Assembly (NCBI GenBank): GCA_028534125.1
Contig: CM052817.1
Coordinates: 51,028,001 to 51,092,000, forward strand
Origin: Lama glama
Taxonomy: Eukaryota
Direction: 5' to 3'
Length of the DNA: 64,000 nt
The notes below the pieces were generated by a model that did not search any database, was not told the origin of the DNA, and saw only the letters and a program-made list of their open reading frames with translations. This document shows, piece after piece, positions 1 through 14,309 of the stretch. A program made the position numbers and the translations under genes. Every line of letters starts with the position of its first letter. Within the stretch, counting starts at the first letter, position 1.

Positions 1-506
1 AAATATTTATTTTTATTTCAAAGCACTTTATAGTGCATTGGCTTCCAGCTACAGAATAAATGATGTTAATTATTGAAAGCCAATGACTTTATAGAAAAAT
101 AACTTAAATAAAACCTGTCAACGTATTAGTTCTAGAACTAATTTTGGAGAAATCATGAATTATTTGAAATCATGTTCTCTAAATTTTAGCAATGTGATTA
201 TAGAAGTGGGAAAAGTGAATATATATAAGATAAATATATTCCCTGCAATGTGATATGTATCATGATATGTTACATTGGTTAGAGTGCACTTTAAGAGTAG
301 TCCAATCATGTAATCTTCTTTGACCTAATATGATTAATTGCATATTCTTGGATAAATCCATCTACATTCAGATTTTAAGGTTTATCAATTTTTAAAAGAG
401 AAAACAACAGATTTTTAATTTGTGTGGTATTCTGAGATTTCCAGCATGGTTATAAAATTATCTCAGATGTTAAAATTACCTTGGGTATTTGTTTTCATAC
501 TATGTA

Positions 507-1069
507 TGTATTAGACTTACATTTCTGCATAACAAATTACAAAAACATAAGGACTAAAAATAACACCCCTCTATTAGCTCAGAAGACTGTAGGTGAGAAT
601 TTCAGCATGGTATGGTGGAATTCTCTGCTGTGAGTCTCACAAGGGTGAAATATTAGAGTCAACTGGGCTATGTTCTTAGGTGCAGGTTATGGGGAAAAAA
701 AATCCACTTCCATGTTTATTTTTGTTGTTGGCAGAATTCAGTTCCTTGTGATTATAAAACTGAGGTCCCCTAGGTCCTTGCTACATGGTACTTCACCATC
801 TAAACACTAATGGTCAATCAGATCTTTCACGTGTTTCAAATCTCTGACTTCTGCTGCTGCTAGCTGGAGGAAGCTCTCTATTTTTAAAGGCCTTTTGAGA
901 TTAGGTCAGTCCTCCCCACACAATCTAAAAGGCCAACTGGGCCATATAACACAACTTAATCATGGTAGTGAGATCGATTATACACACTCACTTTCCTGGA
1001 GATTACACAATGGATTGTATACCAGGGATGGAAAATCTTCAAGGACACCTTAATATTCTTCCTACCACA
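507..1069 (-). mobile_element. MaLR solo LTR (MLT1D/E-like)
   Basis: TG...CA termini on the minus strand (tgtggtaggaagaat...). Internal 'cataacaaattac' and 'ttggcagaattcagttccttg' motifs are typical of MLT1. Confidence 0.75.
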
Positions 1070-1982
1070 GTGAAAAATGATAATTTCTCTGCTACTTATA
1101 AGTTTGTGTTCCTAAACTTCCCCCAATTCCTCTACCCCCGGCCCCTAGAAACCACATACTGTACACTTAAAAATTACACAATGTTGTATGTCGAAGTATC
1201 TCAACTTACGAAGATAACAATTTCTCAATCTCAAAATGGCTCTTGCTGCTTTTCCTGATCCAGATATGAAGACTAAATAAGGCACACATTTTTTTCCCTG
1301 AAATGATCATTTATACCACTATAATGACATTTCTACTGAGAGGTGGTCCTTTTATTGCTTTTGTATTAGTAGCGAGAAACAAACATTTTAGCAAAAGTTT
1401 CTCTTAAATGTTTACTTTACTATAAAATGGATTTACTACCAGATAGATTCTTATCTGAACAAATACCTCTAAAGTTAACTTTAGAGTCAAGATTTAGGGT
1501 GAAGATTCTACAGTTCAGAGTTCTTAAATCACATCTTTAATCTAGTTTCCCTTAAGGCTTGGTTGAAAGAAAAACAGATTATTATAGAATAGAGTGGCTA
1601 CTAGTCTTTTCAATTTCTTCACCAAATCTCTGATTGAGATAACCATTTTCATTTATCTAATTATCAACTCATCTTGCATCATACAGGGATATGTTTTATT
1701 TATTTTTTTACCTTTTTTTGAATTAGTGAATTACACATTTCACAGAATTGAAGGAGTTATAAAATAACATGAAATATAAAAGAGATTGATTTTATGATGT
1801 TGATTATGTCTAAAGTACAAAGTTAAACTAGAGACTAACTGGCTCTCTTAAAAATAAATTAACAGAAATATCTAATATAAACTCACTGAAAGGGCGGGGT
1901 AAAAAAATGGCCTAGGTAACTATGTAAAATGGTGTTATTAATGGATAAAAAAGAATTATACATAAATACTGTAACTCTATTT

Positions 1983-2120
1983 CAGGTGTTAGCAAACTGT
2001 CTTGTGAACTAAATCTAGCCACTACGTTTGTTTATATGGCCAGCAAGCTAAGAATGGTTTTACAGTTTAAAATGTAAAATGTAAATCTAGCTCCTTCCAG
2101 AAAAAGTTAACCAACCCCTA
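1983..2120. mobile_element. MER58-like hAT-Charlie MITE
   Basis: Terminal inverted repeats caggtgttagcaaact and agttaaccaaccccta; internal 'gctaagaatggttttac'. Confidence 0.65.
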
Positions 2121-2619
2121 TCCTAGCTTATAATTTTTTATTTTTACACATAGAGATATGGGTTACCAACTCTGAAATTATTTCATATTATATCCAAGAC
2201 TGAAAAAATAAGTACATAATTTTTAGAAATTATAGATAATGGGAGCCAGGTTTTTCACCATCAGAGAAGGAATGGGAGGAAGGGGATGAACCTCTTGGTG
2301 CTGGATTAGAATTGAGGATCTGTATGAACTCACGTTTATTTTAGTACAGAGAGATGACAGATCATGAAAGGTTAACAGAGTGACAGATGACAGATGGAGA
2401 AAGGCAATATAGATACGTGTGATACAGATGGCTTTGTGTGTGTGTGCACATTAGTATATACAGTTATATTTGCTTGCTCTGTCAGTGAGAGGATATAGAA
2501 GTGATGACACTCAAGTAACAATGAGTATACCCATTCCTAGATCTTAACTCTCCCAGTACTATTATGCATTACAATAAACTCGGACATGGGGCAAGGAAAA
2601 TACAAGATTTTAAGTAAGA

Positions 2620-3797
2620 AAAAGCTCTTTGACACTGGTCTTGGCATTAATTTTTTGAATATGACGCCAAAAGCACAAAAAACAAAAGCAAAAAAATCAA
2701 TACATGGGACTACATTAAACTGAAAAGCTTCCGTACAACATTAGAAACAATCAACAAAATGAAAAAGCAACCTACGTAATAAGAAAAATAACATTTACAA
2801 GCCATGTATTAGCTAAGGGGTTAATATCCAAAAAGTATTTTAAAACTCATACAACTCGATAACAAAAAACAAACAACCTGATTGAAAAAATGGGCAGAGG
2901 AATTCAACAGACTTGGAAAACCAAAGAAGACATCCAAATGTCCAACATGTACATGCAAAGAAGCTCAAAATTCCTAATTATCAGGAAAATGTAAATCAAC
3001 ACCACAATGTGATATCATCTCACACCTGTTAAGATGGCTATCATTGAGAAGATGATAATAAGTATCAGTGAGAATGTGGAAAAAGGGAACCCTGAACACT
3101 GTCGGTGGGAACATAAATTGGTTCGGTCATATGGAAAACAGTATGGCAGTTTCTAAAAAACTAAAAGCAGCACTATCATATGTCCCTACAATTCCATTTC
3201 TGGGTATATAGTCAAAGGAAATAAAAACAGGAAATTGAAGAGGTTTGTGCATCTCCATGTTTATGATATAGAAACACACTAAGTGCACACCAATAGTTGA
3301 ATAGATAAAAAATAAGACATGTAGACACACATACTACAGTTGAATATTACTCAAGAAAGAAATCTTGTCGGTGACAACAATGATAGGTCATTAGGACATT
3401 ATTCTAAGTAAGATAAGTCAGGCAGACAAGTACTGAATTTCCACTAATATGCAGTGACTTGGGGATGGGGGAATAGGAGAGATATTGTTTAAGGTTACAA
3501 ACTTGCAACTAGTAGATAAATTCAGTCCTGGAGATCTAATGCACACTATGATTATAGGTAGTAATACTGTACTGTAAATATCAAACTTGCTAACAGCCTA
3601 TAACTTAATTATTCCAAAAAATTATGCAGAAAAAGAGAAATGATAATTATATGATGTGATAGAGGGACTAGTTAACACTACAATGACAACCCTACTCTAA
3701 TATATAAATATATCATAATCAACATGTTGTCTACCTTAAACCTATACAATGTTATGTGAAATATGCTCCAATAAAACAAAAGAAAGAAAACAAACAA
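2620..3797 (+). mobile_element. 5'-truncated L1 (ORF2 3' end, 3'UTR, A-rich tail)
   Basis: ORF2 C-terminal motifs ('tgggactacattaaactgaaaagctt', 'catctcacacctgttaagatggct'); ends in AATAAA followed by an A-rich tail. Confidence 0.85.
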
Positions 3798-4101
3798 GTA
3801 AATGCTATGGGATAGGTCAAATGGACATAAGGGCCAACACGAGAGACCTCTTACTGGTCAAACTTGGAGAAATTTGAGCAAAAATATAAATAACAACAGT
3901 GTTATAGAACTCAAATAGAATAAACATATGTGAAACCATACTGATACAAAATAATGACTAAAAGTAAATGGGGACTTTTTATAATTAAAAATAAATGTAT
4001 GACTGAAACATTACGCTGTACACCAGAAACTGACACAAAATTATAAACTGACTATAATTAAATTAAAAAAAAGAAAACTGGTACAAACATACACACAAAA
4101 T

Positions 4102-4127
4102 ATGAATGAATGAATGAATGAATGAAT
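4102..4127 (+). repeat. (ATGA)n tetranucleotide microsatellite
   Basis: About 6 perfect units, read directly. Confidence 0.9.
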
Positions 4128-5172
4128 AAAATGGGGAGAAGGGACAACTCAGCCTTACAGAATATAAAATAGTATATTCTGATGCTGTCTCCTCTAGGAA
4201 GTGGCATTTAATACCTTCCCTCCCCCACATTCCTCCATCAGTATGGGACAGATAAACTTAGTGACTCACCTCTGTAGAATAGAGTATGGAAAAAAAAAAT
4301 AGTAACTTTTTTACAGTGGAGAGTATAGGCAAACCCTACCTTAACCAGTCAAGTTTAGTATCACCAGTAAAGTCATGTTGATATCATGAGTTCCCCAACA
4401 TGATGTGATGAGCATGGCACTTTACTTTTGTGGTCTTTATCCTCAAACCCATACCCCTTGTCTAATCATGAGAAAACATCAGACAAAGGATTTTTAGGAT
4501 TTTCCACAAAATACCTGACCAATACTCTTCAAAGCTGTCCAGGTCATAAAAAAATTTTAAAAATTAAGGAACTATCTCAGGTTAGAGAGATTAAGGAGAC
4601 ATAATAACAAATTGCAACATCGTATCCTGGATTGGCTGCAGTAACAGAAAAAGGATGTTGGTGGAGAAACTGTTGGGATTCAAAGAAAATTTGTAGTTTA
4701 ATGCTGCAATAATATTAACTTCTTAGTTTTGATAAATGCACTGTGATTATGTAAAATAAAATTAGAAGAAGCTGAATGGAGGGAATATAGGAACTGCATA
4801 TATTATCTTTGACTTTATTCTGCAAATCTAGGATCACTTCAAAATGCTTATTAATCAGTTAAAATAAATGAATTTATAAGGACTATTTTTCCAATCATCA
4901 TTTTTTCTCATAATTTGATATCTTTACCCACATCTTCCAATATAACATGTAATCTGAGCATTAAACTGAATTTACAAAAACTAATGATCTTTATTTCACT
5001 CTAAGGGCAGTGATACTCTGAATTGATATGGGAGGCAATGTGGAATTAACAAAAAAGGTTGTCTTTATTTAAGAGTAAAATAATTTTGCTTTACAAAGAG
5101 AACACATATATATGCCATACAGTGACTCATAACTGTATTCAGTATTGACAAAAATCCATTAGCACACTGGCA

Positions 5173-5575
<403 letters not shown>

Positions 5576-7103
5576 CCATAAAATCTCCTAACTTTCATTT
5601 CTTTGATTGACGGGCTTTTAGAAAAAATAAATGTTTTGCTAATACTAGACTGACTGTAATGTTTGATATTGGTTCACTAAGAAGGTATTTCCACATTCTA
5701 GATCATGAAAAAGAAAATTTGTTTTGTATTAAAACTATGTTAGAAACCTTGAAAGGTTCAAGAAGCTCGTTTCAGATAAACTCTTTGACCTTATACAGAC
5801 ATGATATGCTACAGCTACAAAATTGAGCTGAAAATTTCCTAAGTACATGCTTTCTGACAAGATTGCTAGAATCATGTCTTTTTTCCTAGTAGCAAGGCTT
5901 ACAAATAAAACAACCTTACATCTAGAAGTCAGTAACTCCAGGGGCAGTATTAAAGACAGGTATTTCATACACTTGAGGATTCATGAGCCTCTTATCCTTG
6001 CTAAAACTCTATAACCCATTGCCCTGATTAAAGTTAGAGGTCAAAAGTAAAACAGGGACTGAAGTCACTAAGCATACTATTCTTTCTTAGTTTCTATTTT
6101 TCTCAATTTTTGATCAATAAGTCATAAAGGTAAGAACATGTTAGAAGTGAAAAGACTTAACACTAAAAAACTGAAAATTTTTACTTCTGGAGACATGGTA
6201 CTACTTTGTAAGATTTCCAACTCTTCTTCTGACTTGATAATTACATTAAATTCCACACATACAAATACAGAAAATTTTCTGAAAAGTGTAAAACTTCAGA
6301 TCGAGTTGGTAAACTTCAAACAAGAAACATGATTTTGGGCTTGATTATGAGAAGCTGTCTGGCATTGACACAATCTATTACATTTCCTCCAATTTTAACA
6401 CAATCCTTGCTTTCCATTTCACCTGTACTCCTCTGCCTGCTCTCCCTCTTCCTCCTGGGAAATATATTCAAATTCCTCTTTTCCTACTGATTGTAATTCT
6501 ACCTAAAATTTTCTCTTAGCTTTTCTTTAGGACTGGAACTCTTCTATACCAATGCATCTTGGCTTTTTCCCTTCTTCTTTTTGCTGACGTCATCCAAGCA
6601 GTTTCTAAGAGATATTTCTTTCATAATTAATGACTTGGCAATATTTTACTTTTTATGCTTATCATGACATCATCTTTGTGTACTGTGTACTTAAGAACAC
6701 TGACGCTTATCTTATAAATGCACAGGAAAACCTTCCTGGCTGAAGAAATGCTTTGGCTAATATTAAGATTTTTAAATGTTTGTAGTTCTGTTCCAGGAAA
6801 CAGAATTCTTCTAAATACACAGAACAGTGATGCAAATGTTTCTTATCTTAATCAGGGCATTTGCTTCTCTGTTCTCACAATTCTGCTTCTATCTTCTATA
6901 CTAGAACTTGCTAATTTCTGTGATTTTTTTCAGAGAAAAATTTAAGAGTTTTATGCTGTTCTGATTATGTGATGGTGATTGAGTGTTACAACTTTAAGGG
7001 TTATGGGGTCAACTGTTAAGAAATTCATTAGAAAGGTTTACTACTTTAATTTTCCCATCCTAGCTTGACCAGTAAGTCTCCTCATATTTAAAATGTCTCC
7101 AAA

Positions 7104-8412
7104 CAAATCATAATAAAATTTATATGGAACCATTAAAGACCTATAATTGACAAAGCATTAATGAAGAGAAAGAAAGAGGCTGGAGGAATAACTCTCCCAG
7201 ACTTCAGACAATACTATAGAACTACAGTCATCAAGACAGCATGGTATTGGTACAAAAACAGACATATAGACCAATGGAACAGAATAGAGAGCCCAGAAAT
7301 GAATCCACAAACTTTTGGTCAACTAAACTTCGACAAAGGAGGCAAGAATATACACTGGAATAAAGACAGTCTCATGAGCAAATGGTGTTGGGAAAACTGG
7401 ACAGCAGCATGTAAAGCAATGAAGCTAGAACACTCCCTTACACCATATACAAAAATCAACTCAAAATGAATCAAAGACTTAAACATAAGACAAGATACAA
7501 TAAACCTCCTAGAGGAAAACACAGGCAAAACATTATCTGACATACATTTCAAAAATTTTCTCCTAGTAGAAATAAAAGCAAGAATAAACAAATGGGACCT
7601 AATGAAACTTACAAGCTTCTGCACAGCAAAGGAAACCATAAGGAAAACAAGAAGACAACCTACGGAATGGGAGAAAACTTTTGCAAATGAAACCGACAAA
7701 GGCTTGATCTCCAGAATATATAAGCAGCTCATACGACTCAGTAAGAAAAAAATAAACAACCCAATCCNNNNNNNNNNNNNNNNNNNNNNNNNNNNNNNNN
7801 NNNNNNNNNNNNNNNNNNNNNNNNNNNNNNNNNNNNNNNNNNNNNNNNNNNNNNNNNNNNNNNNNNNNNNNNNNNNNNNNNNNNNNNNNNNNNNNNNNNN
7901 NNNNNNNNNNNNNNNNNNNNNNNNNNNNNNNNNNNNNNNNNNNNNNNNNNNNNNNNNNNNNNNNNNNNNNNNNNNNNNNNNNNNNNNNNNNNNNNNNNNN
8001 NNNNNNNNNNNNNNNNNNNNNNNNNNNNNNNNNNNNNNNNNNNNNNNNNNNNNNNNNNNNNNNNNNNNNNNNNNNNNNNNNNNNNNNNNNNNNNNNNNNN
8101 NNNNNNNNNNNNNNNNNNNNNNNNNNNNNNNNNNNNNNNNNNNNNNNNNNNNNNNNNNNNNNNNNNNNNNNNNNNNNNNNNNNNNNNNNNNNNNNNNNNN
8201 NNNNNNNNNNNNNNNNNNNNNNNNNNNNNNNNNNNNNNNNNNNNNNNNNNNNNNNNNNNNNNNNNNNTACACAAAATGTTATGATAACTCACAGAGAAAA
8301 AAATGTGACAATGAGTGTGTATATGTCTATGAATGACTGAAAAATTGTGCTGAACACTGGAATTTGACACAACATTGTAAAATGATTATAAATCAATAGT
8401 GTTAAAAAAAAA
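7104..8412 (+). mobile_element. Young 5'-truncated L1 spanning gap 1, with TSD
   Basis: ORF2 peptide [40 protein letters not shown]; a 3'UTR follows the gap. TSD gtctccaaa at 7095-7103 and 8413-8421. Confidence 0.92.
7768..8267. other. Assembly gap (500 N)
   Basis: Run of N. Confidence 1.
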
Positions 8413-8699
8413 GTCTCCAAAGGACTGGAATTTACCCAAATTCATGTTTTAGGGGTAATATAATAAAAATTAAAATATAGTGCTTGTTCTATACAAATGT
8501 GGAGAAGCAAATGGAGTAGTGTCAGACCTGGATCAGACTGATTATTTCCATCATGATATTGATACAGAGGCTACCATATTACATTCTCTAAAATACTTAC
8601 CACTCAGTAACAAGAAAAATGGTGAAGAATTTTAGCATATTCATATCAATTTTCTAAGTGTATCTACAACTTTGGATCTGACATTTATCCTAAGGATAG

Positions 8700-10340
8700 T
8701 TGTTGAATAATTTAAAATTTAAATAAAATCATGTAAAATGATTTCTTCTCCCCTGATGACAATAGAGCAACAATATTGTTACAAATAATTTAAAAAGCTA
8801 GATACCATTTTTTAAAAAAAGTCTTTTTGGTGGAAGCAGAGAAGTCTGGAGTTAACATTTAAAGGAGCAAAATCACAGAGAGAAGGGACATGGCAAGAGA
8901 TGATGCAATATTCTGTAGCCACTTTCCCCCTTAGTACCACTGCTATTACTTCCTCTTGCTTGAAAAGGCCAAGAATCTAGAGAGTGAGTTAAGGCAGAGG
9001 GCTTTCAGCTAAGAAGCAGAATGTTGACAATTTCAAGAGCAGAGTGATATAAATTTAAGTTCTGGCTGCCAAAGTAGTCAGGAAATTGCTTGGGATGGGT
9101 GTTTACCTTATAAGAAGGAAAGCCAGCAAAGTGATACTGATACTCTGCCAGTTTCCACTTGAAGCATGCCAAATCCTTGAGGTGTACAGGGCAGTAGGAT
9201 AAGAAGTTAATCAAGAACCACTGATTGAGAGAGCTGAGATTTCCACAGTCTCATAGTACTGAGGTAGAAAAAAAATGTTAGATGTTTCCAAAAGAATTTT
9301 TTTTAAAAGGGGGCCTAGAATATATCCCAGATTTCAGTTGGAAGTAGATATGGGCTATAGCAGTAAGAATGTATGTACTTTACTCAAAACTGTAAACCAG
9401 CTTCTAGTGAACTCAGTCCCTTTCGTTGTCCCCTCAGTCATATTACCAGAAAAAAATGAGTGAAATAAAAGATTTAAAGCACAAAATTTTACTAAATATG
9501 GACAAGTGTAGATAAGACATATGAATGAATTAAATTAGTAGCATACTTGTAATTAGATTCCTAAGAGGACAAAATGTGACAATGGGGAAGACACAGTATC
9601 ACAACAGATAATATAAGAGACTTTTCTAAATCTGTTTATAGGTACAGATCAAGATAAAGAAGCCCTAAAAATACCAGGTAAGGTAAATAAAAAGAAAACC
9701 ACAGCTAATCTATCATATTGAAACTGATAAATAAGTCACTATATTAAAATAAGGAAACAATATATTCTCCTCACAGTACATGAAAAAAATAATGAAATAT
9801 TGAAAAAAATATTAAATACATATTCATGATAAAAATATGAATCTCAGCAAATTGGAAGAGAACATCCTTCACATGTAAAAAAAAAATCTACAAAGAATAT
9901 CAACAATTATACTTAATGGTCAATTGCTAAAAGCTCTTCTCTGTAGACTAGAGAATATCCAATATAATCATTTCTGCGTGATGCATTTTGAAGTTACTAG
10001 CTAAAGTAAACAGGCAAAATAAAGACAAATTGAAAAGGAAAAATCTAAAACTATCATTATGTGCAGAAATTTTAAAAATACCATTTTCTATCATTTACAG
10101 AAATTTTAAACATATCATAAAAGTAATCCAAACTGAAAACTTAGGGCAATTCTAGTAAATTGTACAATTTTTTTCAAATCTGAAAACAATTACAAAGTAT
10201 TGAAATTAAAGAGCACCTAAACAAATGAATGGGTGGGCTATGTACCTGGACTGGAAGACACAATCCCACTGAGAACATAATCTTTTCTCCTTTCTTGTAC
10301 ATAGACAAAACGGTTATTTATTTTAAGTTGATAAATAATG
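8700..10340 (+). mobile_element. Highly degraded ancient L1 fragments
   Basis: A-rich remnants of ORF1/ORF2 motifs such as 'attcatgataaaa', 'ttatacttaatggt' and 'aaactatcattatgtgcaga'. Confidence 0.5.
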
Positions 10341-10556
10341 TTCATAAAAGCCATTAAGTTCACTAATCTCACATATATAACAAATATTTTTATATATAAC
10401 ACCTATTTAATCGCCACTTAGATCCAGATTTAGAATGTTTTCAGCACTGTATGTATTTTTCTCTTATACATTCCCAGTCTATAGCACTCACCAATAGTAA
10501 ATCCATTCTGACTTCAAACTGTGTTTGAACTTCACAGGAATAAAACTACACATGCT

Positions 10557-13500
10557 AAGACTCAGATCAAGATGGCAGAGTAAGAGGACATACAACTCAC
10601 CTCCCTCAACAAACAAATCAAAAATACATCTACATGTGGAATAGTTCTCACTGGAAACTGCAGAAGGACTCCTGTACAACCAAGGTTGTAAGAAAGATAC
10701 ACACATAACTGGGTAGGAAGGGAAGAAAAGCGATTGGGTCAGGACCTGTCCCAAAAGAGAGGGCTCAGAGGAAAAGGGGGATTACACAGGTAGACACCCA
10801 TCCTGGGGAGTGAGAAGTTCAACCCAAAGATTGGACACTGCAGTCCTGGGGTCTTACATGGGAAAGAAAAGCCCCTTGGGCAGCTGGAGGGCAGCTAAGA
10901 CTAACAGAAGGGCTGTGGGAAGTCTGGACCACTTATGAAGAGTGCACACTTACAAGACTTTCCCCAAGGCAGGACAAAAAGAAGTCTGCTCCAGTGGCTG
11001 ATGGTTTCCTATGACTGCCTTGCCATGCACCCAACCCAAGCTGAGTGAGTGCTCCAGCCTTGCTCACTCCAAGTCACCATGCAGCACTGGATCTAGGGTG
11101 GTTAAGATCAGGGTAAAGACTTGACCTCTGGATACAGAAGTGACCCAATCCAGAGCTGTGCCTGGGTAGGATGGCAGTGGCCACTATTGGTGCTTACTCA
11201 AGCAGTACCTCAGAAGCAGCCCAGATCCCTCATGGCAGACACTCCACCACAGCTCACCCTGCCACCGCCAATATAAACCAAGATGTCACACAGATCCTGC
11301 CTGCCCCACAGAGTGATTTCACAGCAGGGCAGGGGCAACAGAGGCTGGAGGCACTGATCAACATTAAGGAACAAAGTGGACTTGCACTCAAGGCTGCATA
11401 AGTGATCTGGAAGGTAGAACAATGGAAATTACCCAATGAGAGCAACAAAAAGAAAAACAAAATTTTAAGAAAATGAAAATTATTTAAGAGATCTTAGGCA
11501 TAATAAATAAATATTAATAAAATTGAATTTGTAATAAAAATCCCTCAGCAAACAAAAGCCCAAGATCAGATTGCTTCACAGGGGAATTCTACCAAAAATA
11601 CAAAGAGGAACTAATACCTATCCTTTTCAAACTATTTCAAAATATTGAACAGAAGGGAAAACTCCCAATTTCATTCTACAAGGCCACCATCACCCTGATG
11701 ACAAAAGCAGGCAAAGATACTATAAAAAAAGAAAACTACAGTCCAATATCTTTTAATATAGATACAAAAATCCTGAAATTACTAGCAAACTGACTCCAAC
11801 AATATGGAAAACAAATCATAAGTCATTTTATATATTCCAGGGGATAGTGGGATATACTCCCAGGACATAAGCATGATCCAGTATTTGCAAATAAATCAAT
11901 ATGATACGCCACATTAACAAAAGGAAGGATAAAAGCCACATGATCATCTTAATAGATATAGCAAAAGCATCTGAAAAAATTCAATACCCACTCATGATAA
12001 AAACACTCTAAGTGGGTATAGAGGGAACATGTCTCAACATAATAAAGGTCATTTATAACAAATACACAGCTAACATCATATGCAATGGATCCTCTAAATT
12101 TAGGAACATGAGAAAGATGCCCACACTTGCCATTTCTATTTAACAAAGGATTTGAAGTCCTAACCAAGCAATCAAGAAAAAGAACTGAAAGGTATCCAAA
12201 TTGGAAGAGAAGTAAAACTGTCACTACTTGCAGATAACATGATACTTTATGTAAAAAACCCTAAAATCTCTACCCCAAAACTACTAGAATAAATGAACTC
12301 AGCAACATTGCAAGATATAAGAATAATATATAGAAATCTGCTACTTTTCTATACACTAATAAGAAACTATCAGGAAGAGAAAAAGTTAAAAAAATCATTT
12401 AAAATCAGATCAAAAAGAATAAAAAACCTAGAAATAAACTTAACCAAGGAGGTAAAAGAACTATACCCTGAAAACTATAAAACAATGATGAAGGAAATTG
12501 AAGATAATACAAAGAAATTAAGAGCTATTCCACATTCTTGGATTGGAGGAATTAATATTGTTAAAGTGGCCATACACCAAAACCTATCTACAGATTTAAT
12601 GTAGTCTCTATCAGTGCCCATGATATTTTTCACAGAATGAGAACAAATACTTAATTTAAAAGCAACCAACCAGAAAAGACCCCAAATTGCCAAATCAATC
12701 TTGAGAAAAAAGAACAAAGCTGGAGGTATCATGCTCCTTGACTTCAGACTATTCTACAAAGCTACAGTAATCAAAGCAGCATGGTACTGGCAAAAAAAAA
12801 CCCCTAAAAACCCCAGACATATAGATCAATGGAAGATAACAGAGAGCCCAGAAATAAACCCACACAACTACAGTCAACTGATCTGTGACAAAAGACACAT
12901 GAACATACAATGGAGAAATGACAGTCTCTTCAATAAGTGGTGCTGGGGAAACTGGACAGCTCCAAGTAAAAGAATGAGATTAGAATATTTCCTCACATCA
13001 TACATAAAATTAAACTCAACTGAATTAAAAATCTAAATATAAGACCTGAAACCATAAAACTCTTGGAGAGAACATAGCAGAACACTCTTTGACATAAATC
13101 ATAGCAATGTTTTTTGGATCAATCTCATAAGTCAAAAGAAATACATGAAAAAATAAGCAACTGGGACATAATTAAACTTATAAGCTTTTGCATAGCAACA
13201 GAATGGGAGAAACTATTTGCAAATGATACAACTGACAAGGGACTAATATCCAAAATATATAAGTAACTCATATAATTCAATGTCAAAAAATAAACAACCC
13301 AATCAGAAAATAAGCAGAAGACATGAATAGACATTCTTCCAAAGAAGAAATTCAGTGGGCTAACAGGCAAATGAAAAGATCCTCAACATCATTAATTATT
13401 AGAGAAATGCATATCAAAACAATGAGATACCACCCCACACCTGTCAGAATGGCTATCATCAATAAGTTTGCCAATAACAAATGTTGGAGAGGATGTGGAT

Positions 13501-13759
13501 AAACGGGAACCCCTGTATGCTATTCATGAGAGTGTCAACTGGAAAACTATGGAAAACAATGTGGAGGCTCCTCAAAAAACTAAAGATAGAACCACCATAT
13601 GGCCCATGATTTCACTCTCAGGTATATACCCAGAAAAAAATGAATACATTAATTTGAAAAGAAACATACACCATGATGCTCATTCCAACACTATTTACAA
13701 TAGCCAAGATATGGAAGCAACCCTAGTGTCCAACAACAGACAAATGGATTAAGAAGATG

Positions 13760-13799
<40 letters not shown>

Positions 13800-14240
13800 T
13801 GGAATATTACCCAGTCGCAAAAGGAATGAAATTCTGCCATTTGTAGAAACATGGTTAGACCCAGAGAATATCATGCTTAGTGAAATAAGTCAGACGTAGA
13901 AAGATGGATACTGCATGGTATCACTTATATGTGAAATCTAAAATAATACTAATGAGGTTACGTAGCAAAACAGAAATAGACACACAGATATAGAAAACAA
14001 ACTAGTGGTTACCAGTGGAGAGAGGGCAGGGAGGGAGGGGCATGTAAGGGGTGTGGGATTAAGAGATACAAACTACTACTTATAAAATAGGTAAGCAACA
14101 AAGATATGTTGTATAGCATAGTGAATTATAGTCCCTTTCTTATAATAGAGTATAAACTGTAAAAATACTGAATCACTATGCTGCATATCTGAAACTAATA
14201 TATTATAAATCAACTATACTTCAATAAAAATTAAACAAAA
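10557..14240 (+). mobile_element. L1 with 5'UTR start, internal deletions, ORF2 RT/C-terminal region and 3'UTR
   Basis: Begins near 'aagatggcagagtaagaggac', a typical L1 start, followed by a GC-richer 5'UTR. A short ORF1 remnant lies at about 11400-11510, then ORF2 ([26 protein letters not shown]). AATAAA at 14223-14228. Confidence 0.9.
13762..13798 (+). repeat. (GT)n microsatellite inside the L1
   Basis: About 18 perfect units. Confidence 0.97.
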
Positions 14241-14309
14241 TGATAATGATAATTGTTGGAATATTAGAATAAAGCACTAAGCCAAGAGTCCCCAAAACAA
14301 CAAAAAACT

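Larger units (their letters stand above)
1790..4860 (+). mobile_element. Old L1 (L1MC/MD-like) 3' region interrupted by younger insertions
   Basis: Degenerate L1M 3'UTR motifs such as 'taccttaaccagtcaagtttagtatcaccagt' and 'tctaatcatgagaaaacatcagacaaa'. Confidence 0.6.

Noticed and set aside
7319..8370. Long ORFs of 174-317 aa here and at 39537-40061 and 60751-61384
   Set aside because: Artefacts of translating through N gaps.
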